From contig CAWJJC010000020.1 of the NCBI GenBank assembly GCA_963843145.1, forward strand, positions 101,398-165,397: a stretch of 64,000 nucleotides of DNA, in the 5' to 3' direction. Position numbers and translations under genes: made by a program. Below the pieces are notes generated by a model, which searched no databases, was not told the DNA's origin, and was given only the letters and a program-made list of their open reading frames with translations. Positions 37,055 through 47,131 of this stretch are shown piece by piece; position 1 is the first letter of the stretch, and the number at the start of each line of letters is the position of its first letter. The stretch comes from an uncultured delta proteobacterium. Lineage in GTDB: Bacteria; Desulfobacterota; RBG-13-43-22.

Positions 37055-37966
37055 TCATCGCCGGTCGAACCGGCAACTGCTCCCCTGGACCGCCTTGGCG
37101 TATTTCTTCAGTTCCGAGGCTACTTCGGCCATCTGCCCGTAGTGGATAAATTTCTTGATCCGATTGTCGGTCACTCCGATGGACAGGCTGATCAAGGGGA
37201 AGGTCCGCTCCCGGCCCCGGCGGTCCCGGGCCAGAATCGCCCCCCGCTCCCGGTCCTCGGGATCATAAAAGGTGGGAATAATTTGTTTGAGATGATCGAT
37301 AATCTCTCCGGCGATCTCCTCCGCCAGGGCCGGTTCGACGATAAAAACAAAATCATCTCCCCCGATATGGCCCACAAAACTCTTTTGGGACTGTCTTTGC
37401 TTGACGATGTTCAAAATAAGGCGGCCCAGCATCTTCAGGACCTCGTCTCCCCGGCTGAACCCGTAGGTGTCGTTGTACGGTTTGAAATAATCAATATCCG
37501 CGTAGGCCAGGGCGAATATGTCTCCCCGGTCCAGCCGGCTTTGAATCTGTTTGATAATGGTGATATTGCCGGGCAGACGGGTTAAGGGGCTGACTTCCAT
37601 GTTGCGTTCCGCCCGCAGGATGGAGAGCCCCGCCCGGGCGGCCAAATCCGTTTCCAGAAGCGACCGCCGCAGGTAATCATCGCATTTCAGTTCTTCCCAT
37701 CCCGTAATGAAGTAATCATCCCCCAGCACGGCCAGGACCGGGACCTGCCCGAAAATAGGATCTTCCTTCAGGTCGGAAAGCAGCCGGGCCACCAGAGGAT
37801 CGCCGGGGCGCAAGTCGATCAGGATCAGGTCCGGCAGGGAATGATAGATGTAATCCAGGGAGGACTGGATCTGGTAAAAACAGACCAGTTTATAGGCCTC
37901 GCCCAGGTGCTTTTCGACCAGGCCGGCCAGGGTCTGATCCCCGGTAATATGCACGATGGTCTGCAT
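37055..37966 (-). CDS. receiver-like domain + GGDEF-family domain protein (motif reads GGDDF)
   Basis: 303-aa ORF. The N-terminal CheY-like fold (..LPDLILIDL..) is followed by LT.LPGN..I.......... YADIDYFKPYNDTYGFSRGDEVLK...FVGHIGGDDFVFIV. Confidence 0.75.
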   Translation of the reverse strand: MQTIVHITGDQTLAGLVEKHLGEAYKLVCFYQIQSSLDYIYHSLPDLILIDLRPGDPLVARLLSDLKEDPIFGQVPVLAVLGDDYFITGWEELKCDDYLRRSLLETDLAARAGLSILRAERNMEVSPLTRLPGNITIIKQIQSRLDRGDIFALAYADIDYFKPYNDTYGFSRGDEVLKMLGRLILNIVKQRQSQKSFVGHIGGDDFVFIVEPALAEEIAGEIIDHLKQIIPTFYDPEDRERGAILARDRRGRERTFPLISLSIGVTDNRIKKFIHYGQMAEVASELKKYAKAVQGSSCRFDRR

Positions 37967-37972
37967 GGGGCT

Positions 37973-38806
37973 TTACTCCAGGGCTAAAAAGTCACCCGCC
38001 ACATCCAGGGAGTCGTCCAATTCCCTCAGGATGGCCCGGAGATCCTCTTCCGAGAGGTTGAGCAATTCCCAGGCCTGGGGATGGATGGCCGGGACAAAGG
38101 GGTCGCCGGCAAAACCGAATCCGCGGGCCCGCACCAGGATGTCCGACAAATGCACCACGGCAGTGGGTATCGGGACCTGCCGAGCCAAATGGGGTTTATG
38201 GTGGTACTCGATGATCTCGGTCAAGGCCGGTGGAAAATGCCATTTCAGCGCAATCCAGCCGCCGGCATCGGCGTGGTTGATCTCAAAAAATTCTTTTTCT
38301 CCCTGGAAGACGAATAACTCGCGCCGGGCTGCGTCTTCCAGGACCCGTTCATAATCCGCCGGGAACTTCAGGCTGAAGATGACCTTGCCGATATCGTGCA
38401 ACAGGGCGGCTACCGCCACCTCATCGGGGTCTTTCAGCCCGATTTTCTGGCCGATAATCCGGGCGGCCGTGGCGCAACCCACCGAATGCTCCCAGAGCCC
38501 GGCCAGGGCCTTTTTCATCGCTTCAAACACCGACACCCCCAGCAGCAATCCGCGGATCAGATTCACCCCTAAAAGGACCAGGGACTGGTTGATCGAAGCG
38601 ATCCGTCCCGGAAAGCCGTAAATGGGTGAATTTACCGCCCGCAAAACCCGGGTGGTCAGCACCGGATCGTTAGAGATAAAGTTGCCGATTTCTTTCAAGG
38701 AAACCTTGGGGTTCTCAATGACCCGGAGCAGCTTGTGGAGGACACTGGGCAGGGTGGGCAGGGTCTCGATACTCTCAATTTCCCGACGTAAGGTTTTATA
38801 ATCCAT
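37973..38806 (-). CDS. HDOD domain protein
   Basis: 277-aa ORF with LPTLPSV..KLL.......S..EI...I..DP.LT..VL...NS..YG and HDIGK, typical of HDOD. Confidence 0.85.
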   Translation of the reverse strand: MDYKTLRREIESIETLPTLPSVLHKLLRVIENPKVSLKEIGNFISNDPVLTTRVLRAVNSPIYGFPGRIASINQSLVLLGVNLIRGLLLGVSVFEAMKKALAGLWEHSVGCATAARIIGQKIGLKDPDEVAVAALLHDIGKVIFSLKFPADYERVLEDAARRELFVFQGEKEFFEINHADAGGWIALKWHFPPALTEIIEYHHKPHLARQVPIPTAVVHLSDILVRARGFGFAGDPFVPAIHPQAWELLNLSEEDLRAILRELDDSLDVAGDFLALE

Positions 38807-39104
38807 CGTCTTCGTACAATCCGGCGATATGGTCGGCCAGGATCCTTTTCAGTTCCACCATGTGAGGTTCTGTTTCGGTTTTTTGGAAACGATACTCCAA
38901 TTCGGAAAGCAGGACTTCCAGCGACCGGGTGGGTAAGGTGCCGCCCCGCACAAAAACGCTTTCGATCTCCATTTTATGGAGCCGCTCGATCAGCTCCTCG
39001 GTTAATTCCAGTCCTTCGGTCAGCAAAACCATGCCGCTGGAGTTGGTCACCGCTTTCAAGAGCCGCATTCCGGGTTTAAGATCACTAATAATCCGCTTGG
39101 GCAA
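38796..39104 (-). CDS. hypothetical small protein, first gene of the HDOD/GGDEF operon
   Basis: 102-aa ORF that overlaps the HDOD gene start by 11 nt. No family recognised. Confidence 0.5.
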   Translation of the reverse strand: MPKRIISDLKPGMRLLKAVTNSSGMVLLTEGLELTEELIERLHKMEIESVFVRGGTLPTRSLEVLLSELEYRFQKTETEPHMVELKRILADHIAGLYEDDGL

Positions 39105-39219
39105 TTTTCGTGCTCCTTAATGTAAAAATAGAAATATACCATTTTTTTGAATCAATTGGAACGCCTTTCCCTAAATCAACCTGCTTCAGACAATCTTTGA
39201 CATCCCACGGGTATTTGTT

Positions 39220-40498
39220 ATGATGGCCGATCGTTCCAGACAGGAACCCTTCATGCCCCTTCACTATTATCATCGAGTCTGGCTGGTCCTGATCTTCGGT
39301 TGGATCAGTAATTATATGGTCCGGGTGGCCCTTTCGCCGGTGCTCCTCCCGCTGATGAAAGAATTTTCGTTGAGTTACGCCCAAGCCGGCCTTTTGGCCA
39401 GCGCGGTGTTTTACTCTTACGCCCTGATGCAGTTCCCGGCCGGCTATCTGGGCGACCGTTTCGGAAAAAAACGCATCCTCATCCTCTGCATCTTGGGGTG
39501 GGGACTCTCGTCCCTGGCCATGGCGGCGGCGGCCTCCTTCGCCGCCCTGGTCCTGGTCCGTTTTCTGACCGGACTGGCCCAGGGGACCTACTTCAGCAAC
39601 GACCGGCCGATTATCGCCTACTACACTCCCAAGGAAAAGGCCGGGATCGGCCAGGGCATCTCTTTTATGGGGTTGGGCCTGGGAATGTGTCTTGGAATCC
39701 TGTTGGCCGGCTGGATTTCAGACCATTGGGGCTGGCGAGCCGTATTTCTTATTTTTTCCCTGCCCTCCCTGGCGGCCGCTTATTCCCTTTTCCGGGTGAT
39801 TCGGGAACCACCCCGGGAAGCGATTGTTTCCGGAAAACCCAAGGGACCGTCCCTTTCCTGGATCTTTAGACACCGGGACCTGTGGCTGCTCTACCTGGGC
39901 GGCATCCCGGGCATCTACGCCCTCTGGATGATCGGAACCTGGGCCCCGGCTATGTTGAAGGAGATCGGCGTTCGGACCGTGACCGGCGCTTCCCTTTACG
40001 CCAGCCTTTTAGGCCTGTCCGCCATCCCGGGTCTGGCCCTGACCGGCTGGCTCAGCGACCGTCTGGTTCGCCGAGGGAAGGGGCCGCAAAGGGCTGATCG
40101 CCTCGGAATTCCTGATGATCGCCCTGCTGCTGCTCATCTTCGGCCTGGGTATCCGGGGGCGCTGGGAGGCCTGGATCATGGGCGGACTGATTTTTATTAT
40201 CGGGATGGTCGTTTGGGGCCATTGGGCGGCTTATTATTCCCTGATCTCGGAATTGGTCCCCCAATCTATCTTAGGGACGGTTTTCGGCTTCACCAATTCC
40301 ATCCATTTCATCGGCGGCCTGCTGGCCCCCTGGCTCACCGGGTGGATCAAGGATGCCACCCACTCTTTTGCCTCCGCCTGCTATGGAGCCGCGGTCTTCG
40401 CCTTTATGGGGGCGTTGATCCTCTTTTCGGTCCGGCCTGCTTTTCGCTGGAAGCCGGAGATTCCGCTAAGTGGTTCATTCCACGAGGATAGCGGTTGA
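39220..40498 (+). pseudogene. MFS transporter with a single-base frameshift near 40080..40085
   Basis: The N-terminal roughly 290 aa (..MQFPAGYLGDRFGKKR..) are in the 39220 frame. The C-terminal TM helices are in the 40115..40498 frame. Skipping base 40084 joins them as ..RRGKG-RKGLIASEFLMIALLLL... Confidence 0.75.
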
Positions 40499-40542
40499 TT
40501 ACCTCGCAAACAGTCCATCAGAGAAGGCTTGCCATTTTTTCA

Positions 40543-40570
40543 TTGACATTTTTCTTCAGTCCGCTAACAT
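40543..40570 (+). promoter_or_regulatory. sigma70-like promoter candidate TTGACA-N16-TAACAT
   Basis: Read directly from the sequence, immediately upstream of the cobalamin riboswitch. Confidence 0.45.
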
Positions 40571-40574
40571 TATT

Positions 40575-40745
40575 ATCGGCAATCTGGGGTAGTTCGCTAG
40601 AACTTTAAAAGGGAAGATGGTGTAATTCCATCACGGACCCGCCGCTGTGACCGGGGACGAAAGCCGCAAGAGCCACTGTTCGTTACGGACGGGAAGGCGC
40701 GGCCGGTAGAGAGATCCGGAAGTCAGAAGACCTGCCCAGCAGAAT
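40575..40745 (+). ncRNA. cobalamin (B12) riboswitch
   Basis: Conserved core AAAAGGGAAGATGGTGTAATTCCATCACGGACCCGCCGCTGT, B12-box-like GAGCCACTG, then GGGAAGGCG. P1 candidates CTGGG (40583) and CCCAG (40735). It sits upstream of the cob operon. Confidence 0.85.
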
Positions 40746-40802
40746 CTGGAATTTTACCCTCGCGGATATAGGGTTGCCTTTTGGGAGGATAGAAAACGGT
40801 AT

Positions 40803-40836
40803 CCCCGAAACCATTGGATTGGTTTCGGGGTTTTTT
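40803..40836 (+). terminator. riboswitch expression-platform terminator
   Basis: CCCCGAAACC-ATTGGATT-GGTTTCGGGG followed by TTTTTTG. Confidence 0.8.
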
Positions 40837-40903
40837 GTTTTATTTTCTTCGAAAATAAAATCAAGTTTCGCTTCAAGGTTAGCCCGAGCATTTGCTCATT
40901 TTA

Positions 40904-40932
40904 GTCATGCCGGACTCGATCCGGCATCCAGG
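40904..40932. repeat. REP-like hairpin GTCATGCCGGA-CTCGA-TCCGGCATCCAGG
   Basis: 8-bp stem. It is the reverse complement of the 3' part of the 36902..37017 element. Confidence 0.6.
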
Positions 40933-40975
40933 AAACGGGGAAATCAGAACCCTAATAACAAGGAAGCCAGACAAA

Positions 40976-43558
40976 ATGTCAGACAACAACTTTGGACATG
41001 GCGGCTATATCAATCGGTTAGCCCGACAAGCCGGGCTCAGGCCCGACCAGGTGCTTGATTTTTCAGCGAATATCAATCCCCTGGGACCGCCGGAATGGTT
41101 CCGCTCGCTGATTAGTTCCCAATTAAGCTCCCTGGTCCATTATCCGGACCCGGAATGCTCCCCCCTGGTCGAAGCCATCGCCAAGCATTACCGGACTGAC
41201 TCCCGGGAAATCGTGGTGGGGAACGGGTCCTCCGAACTGTTGTATCTGCTTCCCCGGGCCCTGCCTGTTACTAAAGCCCTGATCGCGGTTCCCGCCTATA
41301 GCGATTATGCCCGGGCCGCTCAAATCGCCGGCCTGCCTATTGTCTGGCACCATTTAAAAGAATCCGCGGGGTTCAGACTGGACCCGAGTCAACTGGAGGA
41401 CCAAATCTCCGAAGGAGGACTGGTCATCCTCGGCCAGCCCAACAACCCGACCGGCTTGACCTTCGATCCCCTGGCCTTACGGGCCTTGGCCGCCCGGCAT
41501 CCCCAGACCTGTTTCCTGGTCGACGAGGCCTTTGCCGATTTCGTAGAAGGCCTGGACAGCCTGGCCCGGAATCGCCCTCCCAATGTGATCGTCCTCCTTT
41601 CCTTCACCAAATTCTACGCCGTCCCGGGCTTGCGATTGGGCAGCGCCCTCCTGGCGCCGGACTGGGCCCGAAAAATCCAGGAATTACGCCCACCCTGGAC
41701 CGTCAATACCCTGGCCCAGCAATTCGGGGCGGACGCCCTGAGGGACCTGGAATATGAAGAGGCCAGCCGGGCCTATGTCCAGGAACAGCGTCTTCTTTTA
41801 TTCCGAGCCCTCACGGCCATCCCTTATTTGACCGTTTATCCCGGTGAGGCCAATTTTCTTTTCCTGCGTTCCGACCATCCGAAGCTAAAAGCCCCCGAAT
41901 TGGCCCGCAAGCTGCTAACCGCAGGGATCGCCATTCGGGTTTGCGCCAATTACCAGAGTTTGGATGACCGCTATTTCCGGGTGGCGGTGCGAACGGAGGC
42001 CGAAAATCAGCGGCTGGCTGACGCCCTGAAAGCCGTTCTAGCCAATACCAAAGCCCCCCGGCTAAAACGCCCCAAAACACCGGCCCTTATGTTTCAGGGG
42101 ACCAGTTCCAACGCCGGCAAGAGCGTGTTGACCGCGGCGCTGTGCCGGATACTCCTTCAGGACGGTTTTCGGGTGGCGCCTTTCAAGGCCCAGAATATGT
42201 CGCTCAACTCCTTTGTCACCCCTGACGGCGGGGAGATGGGCCGGGCCCAGGTGGTTCAGGCTCAGGCCAGCCGACTGGACCCGGACGTGCGCATGAATCC
42301 GGTGCTGCTCAAACCCAGCAGCGACACCGGCGCCCAGGTAATCGTCCACGGCCGGCCGGTGGGTAATATGGACGTGAACCAATATATCGCTTACAAGCCC
42401 CAGGCCCTGATCCGGGTCCAGGAGGCCTATGATTCCCTGGCCGGGGAATTCGAGGTCATCGTCCTGGAAGGGGCCGGCAGTCCGGCCGAAGTCAATTTAA
42501 AACACCACGATATCGTCAATATGCGCATGGCCGATTACGCCGGCGCCCCGGTCCTGCTGGTGGGCGATATCGACCGGGGCGGGGTCTTTGCCTCTTTTAT
42601 CGGGACCATGGAAGTTCTGGCCGAATGGGAACGCCGGCTGGTGGCCGGGTTTATCGTCAATCGTTTCCGGGGCCAGGAAAAACTGCTGGAACCGGCTTTT
42701 CAGTACACGGAGCGGCATACCGGCCGACCGGTTTTGGGGACCGTGCCTTATTTGAAAGATCATGGCCTGCCGGAAGAAGATTCAGTCAGTTTCAAGAGCG
42801 GCCAATGGGACCAGACGCTGGGGTCGGAAGCCGGGGTGGAGATCGCCCTGATCGATCTGCCGCATATTTCCAATTTCACGGACTTTGACTCCCTGCGGGT
42901 TGAACCGGATGTGACCCTGCGCGTCGTCCGCGGCGCGCAGGACTTGAATTGTCCGGACGCGGTGATCATCCCGGGCAGCAAAAACGTTATCGGCGACCTG
43001 ATCTATTTACAGGAAAGCGGCCTGGGACAGCGCTTGAACCAAATGGCCCGGGAAGGCCGAACGGAGATGGTGGGGGTTTGCGGCGGTTTTCAGATATTAG
43101 GCCGGGAGATCGCCGATCCTTACGGAATCGAATCCGAGGGCCGCTCTCTCCGGGGATTGGGGCTGCTGCCGGTGACCACGGTCCTCGAACAGGAGAAAAC
43201 GCTGGTTCGGGTCCGGGCCAAACACCTGCCCTCCGGGCATGATCTGTACGGCTATGAAATCCATCACGGCCGGACCGACGGCCAGGGACTGCAGCCCGTC
43301 GTCCGCCGGGAAGACGGCGAAGTGATCGGGATCGGTCTGGATCAGGAACGGATTTGGGGGACCTATCTCCACGGGCTATTCGATGCCGACGCCTTCCGCC
43401 GCTGGTTCATCGACCGCCTGCGGGCGCGCCGGGGCCTTCCGGTGGACGGACGGATACGGGCCGTTTACAACCTGGAATCGGCCCTGGACCGGCTGGCGGA
43501 GACGGTCCGCCGGAGCTTGCGGATGGATGCGATCTATCAGCTGATGGGACTGAAATAA
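40976..43558 (+). CDS. cobQ: fusion protein: threonine-phosphate decarboxylase (CobD-type aminotransferase fold) + cobyric acid synthase (CobQ/CbiP)
   Basis: Start set at ATG 40976 ([10 protein letters not shown].., AAGGA upstream). Residues 1 to about 360 look like a class I/II aminotransferase-type CobD (..[12 protein letters not shown].., YPDP). The remainder begins ..[13 protein letters not shown] and ends with the GATase domain (..VCGGFQILG..). Confidence 0.85.
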   Translation: MSDNNFGHGGYINRLARQAGLRPDQVLDFSANINPLGPPEWFRSLISSQLSSLVHYPDPECSPLVEAIAKHYRTDSREIVVGNGSSELLYLLPRALPVTKALIAVPAYSDYARAAQIAGLPIVWHHLKESAGFRLDPSQLEDQISEGGLVILGQPNNPTGLTFDPLALRALAARHPQTCFLVDEAFADFVEGLDSLARNRPPNVIVLLSFTKFYAVPGLRLGSALLAPDWARKIQELRPPWTVNTLAQQFGADALRDLEYEEASRAYVQEQRLLLFRALTAIPYLTVYPGEANFLFLRSDHPKLKAPELARKLLTAGIAIRVCANYQSLDDRYFRVAVRTEAENQRLADALKAVLANTKAPRLKRPKTPALMFQGTSSNAGKSVLTAALCRILLQDGFRVAPFKAQNMSLNSFVTPDGGEMGRAQVVQAQASRLDPDVRMNPVLLKPSSDTGAQVIVHGRPVGNMDVNQYIAYKPQALIRVQEAYDSLAGEFEVIVLEGAGSPAEVNLKHHDIVNMRMADYAGAPVLLVGDIDRGGVFASFIGTMEVLAEWERRLVAGFIVNRFRGQEKLLEPAFQYTERHTGRPVLGTVPYLKDHGLPEEDSVSFKSGQWDQTLGSEAGVEIALIDLPHISNFTDFDSLRVEPDVTLRVVRGAQDLNCPDAVIIPGSKNVIGDLIYLQESGLGQRLNQMAREGRTEMVGVCGGFQILGREIADPYGIESEGRSLRGLGLLPVTTVLEQEKTLVRVRAKHLPSGHDLYGYEIHHGRTDGQGLQPVVRREDGEVIGIGLDQERIWGTYLHGLFDADAFRRWFIDRLRARRGLPVDGRIRAVYNLESALDRLAETVRRSLRMDAIYQLMGLK

Positions 43559-43584
43559 AGCCAACCCCGGATAAAAGAATGGCT

Positions 43585-43723
43585 AAATTCGAAACTCGAA
43601 GCACGAAATTCGAAACAAGCACGAATGTCCAAAATACAAAGGTTCAAAACAGGACCGTTTTGGATTTTGATATTCGGTCATTTGAATTTGTTTCGGATTT
43701 CGGATTTCGGATTTCGGATTTTT
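43585..43723. repeat. cob-operon inverted-repeat element, copy 1
   Basis: The left arm starts AAATTCGAAACTCGAAGCACGAAATTCGAAACAAGCACGAA. The right arm ends in 4.5 tandem GGATTTC heptamers. It lies between cobQ and cobO. Confidence 0.85.
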
Positions 43724-43756
43724 ACCCTAAACGAATTTGGAACCGTTAATTCTGGC

Positions 43757-44287
43757 ATGAATAATATTCACGGACGTCTGCTCATTTTCACCGGGGACGG
43801 CAAGGGTAAGACTACCGCCGCCCTGGGGATGGCCTTGCGGGCCGTGGGCCACGGGCAGGGGGTTTTGATCCTGCAGTTTATCAAGGCCAATACTTATAGC
43901 GGCGAATTGACGGCCCTGAAAAATCTTCCCGGGATAGAACTCCTTCAAATGGGCCGGGGTTTCCTGGTCCCGCCGGAAGACCCCCGGTTTGACGAACACC
44001 GCCGGGCCGCGGAAGAGGCGCTGAAAAAAGCGGTGGAAATTTTGGAAGCCGGGAGGCATCGGTTGATCATTTTGGATGAGGTCTGCACGGCAGTTAAAAA
44101 AAACCTGCTGACAGAAGAAGAGGTGATGGCGGCGGTCTCCCGGAGAAAGGGAAACGCGGTTTTGGTTCTCACCGGGCGAGGGGCCGGTCCCGGCTTGACG
44201 GCCCTGGCCGACACCGTGACCGAAATGCGCAGTCTCAAGCATGGACTTACCGCCGGCTGGAAGGCCCAGGAAGGGGTTGAATTTTGA
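43757..44287 (+). CDS. cobO: cob(I)yrinic acid a,c-diamide adenosyltransferase
   Basis: Start set at ATG 43757 (MNNIHGRLLIFTGDGKGKTTAALG..). The longer listed ORF start lies inside the repeat element. Confidence 0.9.
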   Translation: MNNIHGRLLIFTGDGKGKTTAALGMALRAVGHGQGVLILQFIKANTYSGELTALKNLPGIELLQMGRGFLVPPEDPRFDEHRRAAEEALKKAVEILEAGRHRLIILDEVCTAVKKNLLTEEEVMAAVSRRKGNAVLVLTGRGAGPGLTALADTVTEMRSLKHGLTAGWKAQEGVEF

Positions 44288-45675
44288 CCTGTTCCATCCC
44301 CCGGATCGTTGTGGCCGGCACCCAGAGCGGGGTTGGAAAAACCTCCCTGACCCTGGCCCTGGTGGCGGCCCTCAGCCAGCGAGGGCTGCGGGTTCAGACC
44401 TTCAAAGTCGGTCCTGATTTTCTGGACCCCTCTTATCTGACCATCGCCTCGGGAAGACCCTGTTATAACCTGGACGGCTGGATGACCGATCAGGTCTATC
44501 TCCTCCGGCTTTTCGAGCGGACCACCCGGAACGCCGATCTGGCCGTGGTAGAAGGAGTCATGGGCCTCTTTGACGGAGCCGACCCGGCCACCTCGGAAGG
44601 GAGCACCGCCGAGATCGCCCGCTGGCTGCAAGCGCCGGTGCTGCTGGTGGTCAATGCCCACGGGATGGCCCGCAGCATCGCCGCTCTGGTCAAGGGGTAC
44701 GAAGAGTTCGATCCCGAACTCCGGATAGCCGGGGTGCTGGCCAATTATTCCGGCACCGACCGCCACCGGGAATGGATCAGCGCCTCCCTGGCCTCGGCCT
44801 CCCTGCCTCCTTTGCTGGGGGCCATTCCCCGGGGGGCCTTCCCCAATCTTCCCAGCCGTCACCTGGGTCTGGTGACCGCCGACCGGCACAACCTGTCCGC
44901 CACCATCCTGGATGAACTGGCGGCCGTCGTGGACCGGCAGACGCGCTTGGAGCAAATTCTGGACGCGGCCCGCCAGGCCCCGGCCCTGTCTTTCCCCGCA
45001 CCGCCGCCCGAAATCCCGCCTCCCTTCGAAGCGGTGCCCATCGGGATAGCCCGGGACCAGGCCTTTCACTTTTACTATCAGGATAATCTGGATGAATTGA
45101 CTCGGCAGGGAGCCGCCCTGATCCCCTGCTCTCCCCTGGCCGATGAACACTTGCCTTCCGGTTTAAAAGCCTTATACTTTGGAGGTGGCTATCCCGAAGA
45201 ATATGCCCAAGCCCTGTCCGCTAATCGGCCTTTTCTCGAGGATATCCGTCGGTGGGCTGAATCCGGCCGCCCCCTTTATGCCGAATGCGGCGGCTTGATG
45301 TATCTCACCCAGGGGATAGAGACCCGGGACGGGAAGAAATACCCCCTGGCCGGGCTTCTGCCGGCCTGGACCCGGATGTTGGAACGTTTAAAAACCTTGG
45401 GTTATGTGGAAGTCTCCCTGGCCCGGGACACCCTCTTGGGCGGGAAGGGGGCTATTCTCAGGGGTCACGAATTTCATTACTCGGAACTACTGGAAGACCC
45501 GACCCGTGACGGAGCATGGGCGGCGGCCTATCACCTGAAACGACGGCGTTCGATGGCCGGGGAACTGGAAGGCTTCCAGCACCGGCAAACGTTAGCCAGT
45601 TATGTCCACCTGCACTGGGCCTCCCGCCCGGAAGCCGTTACGACCTTTATCCACCATTGCGGAGTTGCTTTATGA
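44284..45675 (+). CDS. cbiA: cobyrinate a,c-diamide synthase
   Basis: 463-aa ORF with an N-terminal AGTQSGVGKTS P-loop and a C-terminal GATase (ECGGLMYL). The start overlaps the cobO stop. Confidence 0.9.
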   Translation: MTCSIPRIVVAGTQSGVGKTSLTLALVAALSQRGLRVQTFKVGPDFLDPSYLTIASGRPCYNLDGWMTDQVYLLRLFERTTRNADLAVVEGVMGLFDGADPATSEGSTAEIARWLQAPVLLVVNAHGMARSIAALVKGYEEFDPELRIAGVLANYSGTDRHREWISASLASASLPPLLGAIPRGAFPNLPSRHLGLVTADRHNLSATILDELAAVVDRQTRLEQILDAARQAPALSFPAPPPEIPPPFEAVPIGIARDQAFHFYYQDNLDELTRQGAALIPCSPLADEHLPSGLKALYFGGGYPEEYAQALSANRPFLEDIRRWAESGRPLYAECGGLMYLTQGIETRDGKKYPLAGLLPAWTRMLERLKTLGYVEVSLARDTLLGGKGAILRGHEFHYSELLEDPTRDGAWAAAYHLKRRRSMAGELEGFQHRQTLASYVHLHWASRPEAVTTFIHHCGVAL

Positions 45676-46394
45676 CTTTAATCCAACCCAGCGATAATTC
45701 AAAAGCCAAGGATCAACGCATCCCGGTGATCCGTGATTTTTTGGCCGCCCCCTTCAACGGGGAAGAAATCGAGGCTCGGTCTTTTGCCGTGATCGACCGG
45801 GAAGCCCCTGAACACCCCTTCAGCCCCGGCGAATGGGAAGTGGTCCGGCGCATGATCCACACCGTCGGCGATTTTTCCATTATTCCCGACATCCGCTTTT
45901 CTCCGGGAGCCCTGGAGGCGGCTGTTTCGGCCCTGCGGGAGGGTCGCCTGATTTACTGCGATTCCAATATGATCCGTTCCGGTCTGTCTCTGGCTCGGTT
46001 GCGCCGGGTCAATCCCGGCTATGGACCGGAAAAAATTGTCTGCTATGTGGCGGATGAAGCGGTGGCCCGCGATTCCAAAGAATTGGGATTGCCCCGTTCC
46101 CTGTTGGGCATTCGGAAAGCCCGGCCCCTGTTGGAAGGGGCCATTGCGGTATTCGGCAATGCCCCCATCGCTCTGCTGGAATTGAATCGGATGATGGTGG
46201 AGGAAGGCCTGAAACCGGCCCTGGTCATCGGAATGCCGGTGGGTTTTGTTCATGTGGAGGAGAGCAAGCAGGAACTGCTGACGCTTCCGGTACCCTTCAT
46301 TGCCCTGGTCGGGAGGCGCGGTGGAAGCCCGCTGGCGGTCAGCGTCGTGCATGCCCTCTGCACCCTGGCATTCAAGGAAGCCAAGGAGGGATAG
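45672..46394 (+). CDS. cbiC: precorrin-8X methylmutase
   Basis: Start set at ATG 45672 (ATGA overlap with cbiA). Contains ..VRRMIHTVGDFS.. and ..FGNAPIAL.., typical of CbiC/CobH. Confidence 0.9.
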   Translation: MTLIQPSDNSKAKDQRIPVIRDFLAAPFNGEEIEARSFAVIDREAPEHPFSPGEWEVVRRMIHTVGDFSIIPDIRFSPGALEAAVSALREGRLIYCDSNMIRSGLSLARLRRVNPGYGPEKIVCYVADEAVARDSKELGLPRSLLGIRKARPLLEGAIAVFGNAPIALLELNRMMVEEGLKPALVIGMPVGFVHVEESKQELLTLPVPFIALVGRRGGSPLAVSVVHALCTLAFKEAKEG

Positions 46395-46452
46395 ATTTCT
46401 CCTTTCGCAGGGCTTATGGTTTGTTTCAAATATTGGAACCGGCGGGATCTTT

Positions 46453-46589
46453 AAATTCGAAATCCGAATATCGAAATCCGAAACAAGCACGAAGGTCCAA
46501 AATTCAAATGATCAAAACAAAAATATTTCGGATTTTGAGATTTGATCATTTGAATTTGTTTCGGATTTCGTGCTTCGAATTTCGAATTT
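46453..46589. repeat. cob-operon inverted-repeat element, copy 2
   Basis: AAATTCGAAATCCGAATATCGAAATCCGAAACAAGCACGAAGGTCCAAAATTCAAATGATCAAA ... TTTGATCATTTGAATTTGTTTCGGATTTCGTGCTTCGAATTTCGAATTT. The termini are exact reverse complements (AAATTCGAAA / TTTCGAATTT). Confidence 0.9.
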
Positions 46590-46639
46590 GAACCAAAAAT
46601 GTTATTATTTATTGAACAAGAATCAGCAGGGGGAAGATT

Positions 46640-47131
46640 ATGGAGGCGATTATTTTGCTGGGTCACGGCAGCCGGGTCCCGGACGCCGGCCAGGCCATGA
46701 CCCGGGTGGCCAAACGTTTGAAAAAAAAATTCGGTTACCCGCAGGTGGAGGTTTGTTTTATGTCCCGCCTGGGGCCCCATTTCCCGGAAACTTTTGAGAA
46801 ATGCGTGCGCCAGGGGGCCTCGCGAGTGGTAGTGATCCCCTACTTTCTGCACACCGGCTTGCATATCCTCCTGGACATTCCGGAAATGATGCAGGAAGAG
46901 GCTAAAAAACACCCGCAGGTGCAATTGATCTTCGGCCGAAGTCTAGGGTTCGACGAATCCCTGGTGGATCTGGTCAACCATTGCATCCAGGCCTCCGCGG
47001 ATTGTACCGATGTGAGAGAGATCGTCCTCCCCCCCAAAGAGAAATTCCCCATCCCCCCGGGCCAGGCGGTATTCGTGCCCATGGATCCCGAGGAAGCGGC
47101 GGTTTATCGCAAAAACGGCAACGGCCTATGA
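46640..47131 (+). CDS. cbiX: sirohydrochlorin cobaltochelatase, small CbiX type
   Basis: 163-aa ORF with LLGHGSR...... and VVIPYFLHTG.H motifs. Confidence 0.85.
   Translation: MEAIILLGHGSRVPDAGQAMTRVAKRLKKKFGYPQVEVCFMSRLGPHFPETFEKCVRQGASRVVVIPYFLHTGLHILLDIPEMMQEEAKKHPQVQLIFGRSLGFDESLVDLVNHCIQASADCTDVREIVLPPKEKFPIPPGQAVFVPMDPEEAAVYRKNGNGL

Noticed and set aside
43945-45150. A 401-aa minus-strand ORF opposite cbiA. Similar long antisense ORFs occur elsewhere, e.g. 45699..46490 (-), 35307..35951 (-), 30110..30898 (+), 4087..4974 (+) and 3220..3804 (+).
   Set aside because: They lie fully inside well-supported genes on the other strand and have Arg/Gly/Pro-rich low-complexity composition typical of GC-rich shadow frames. 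None has a recognisable domain.
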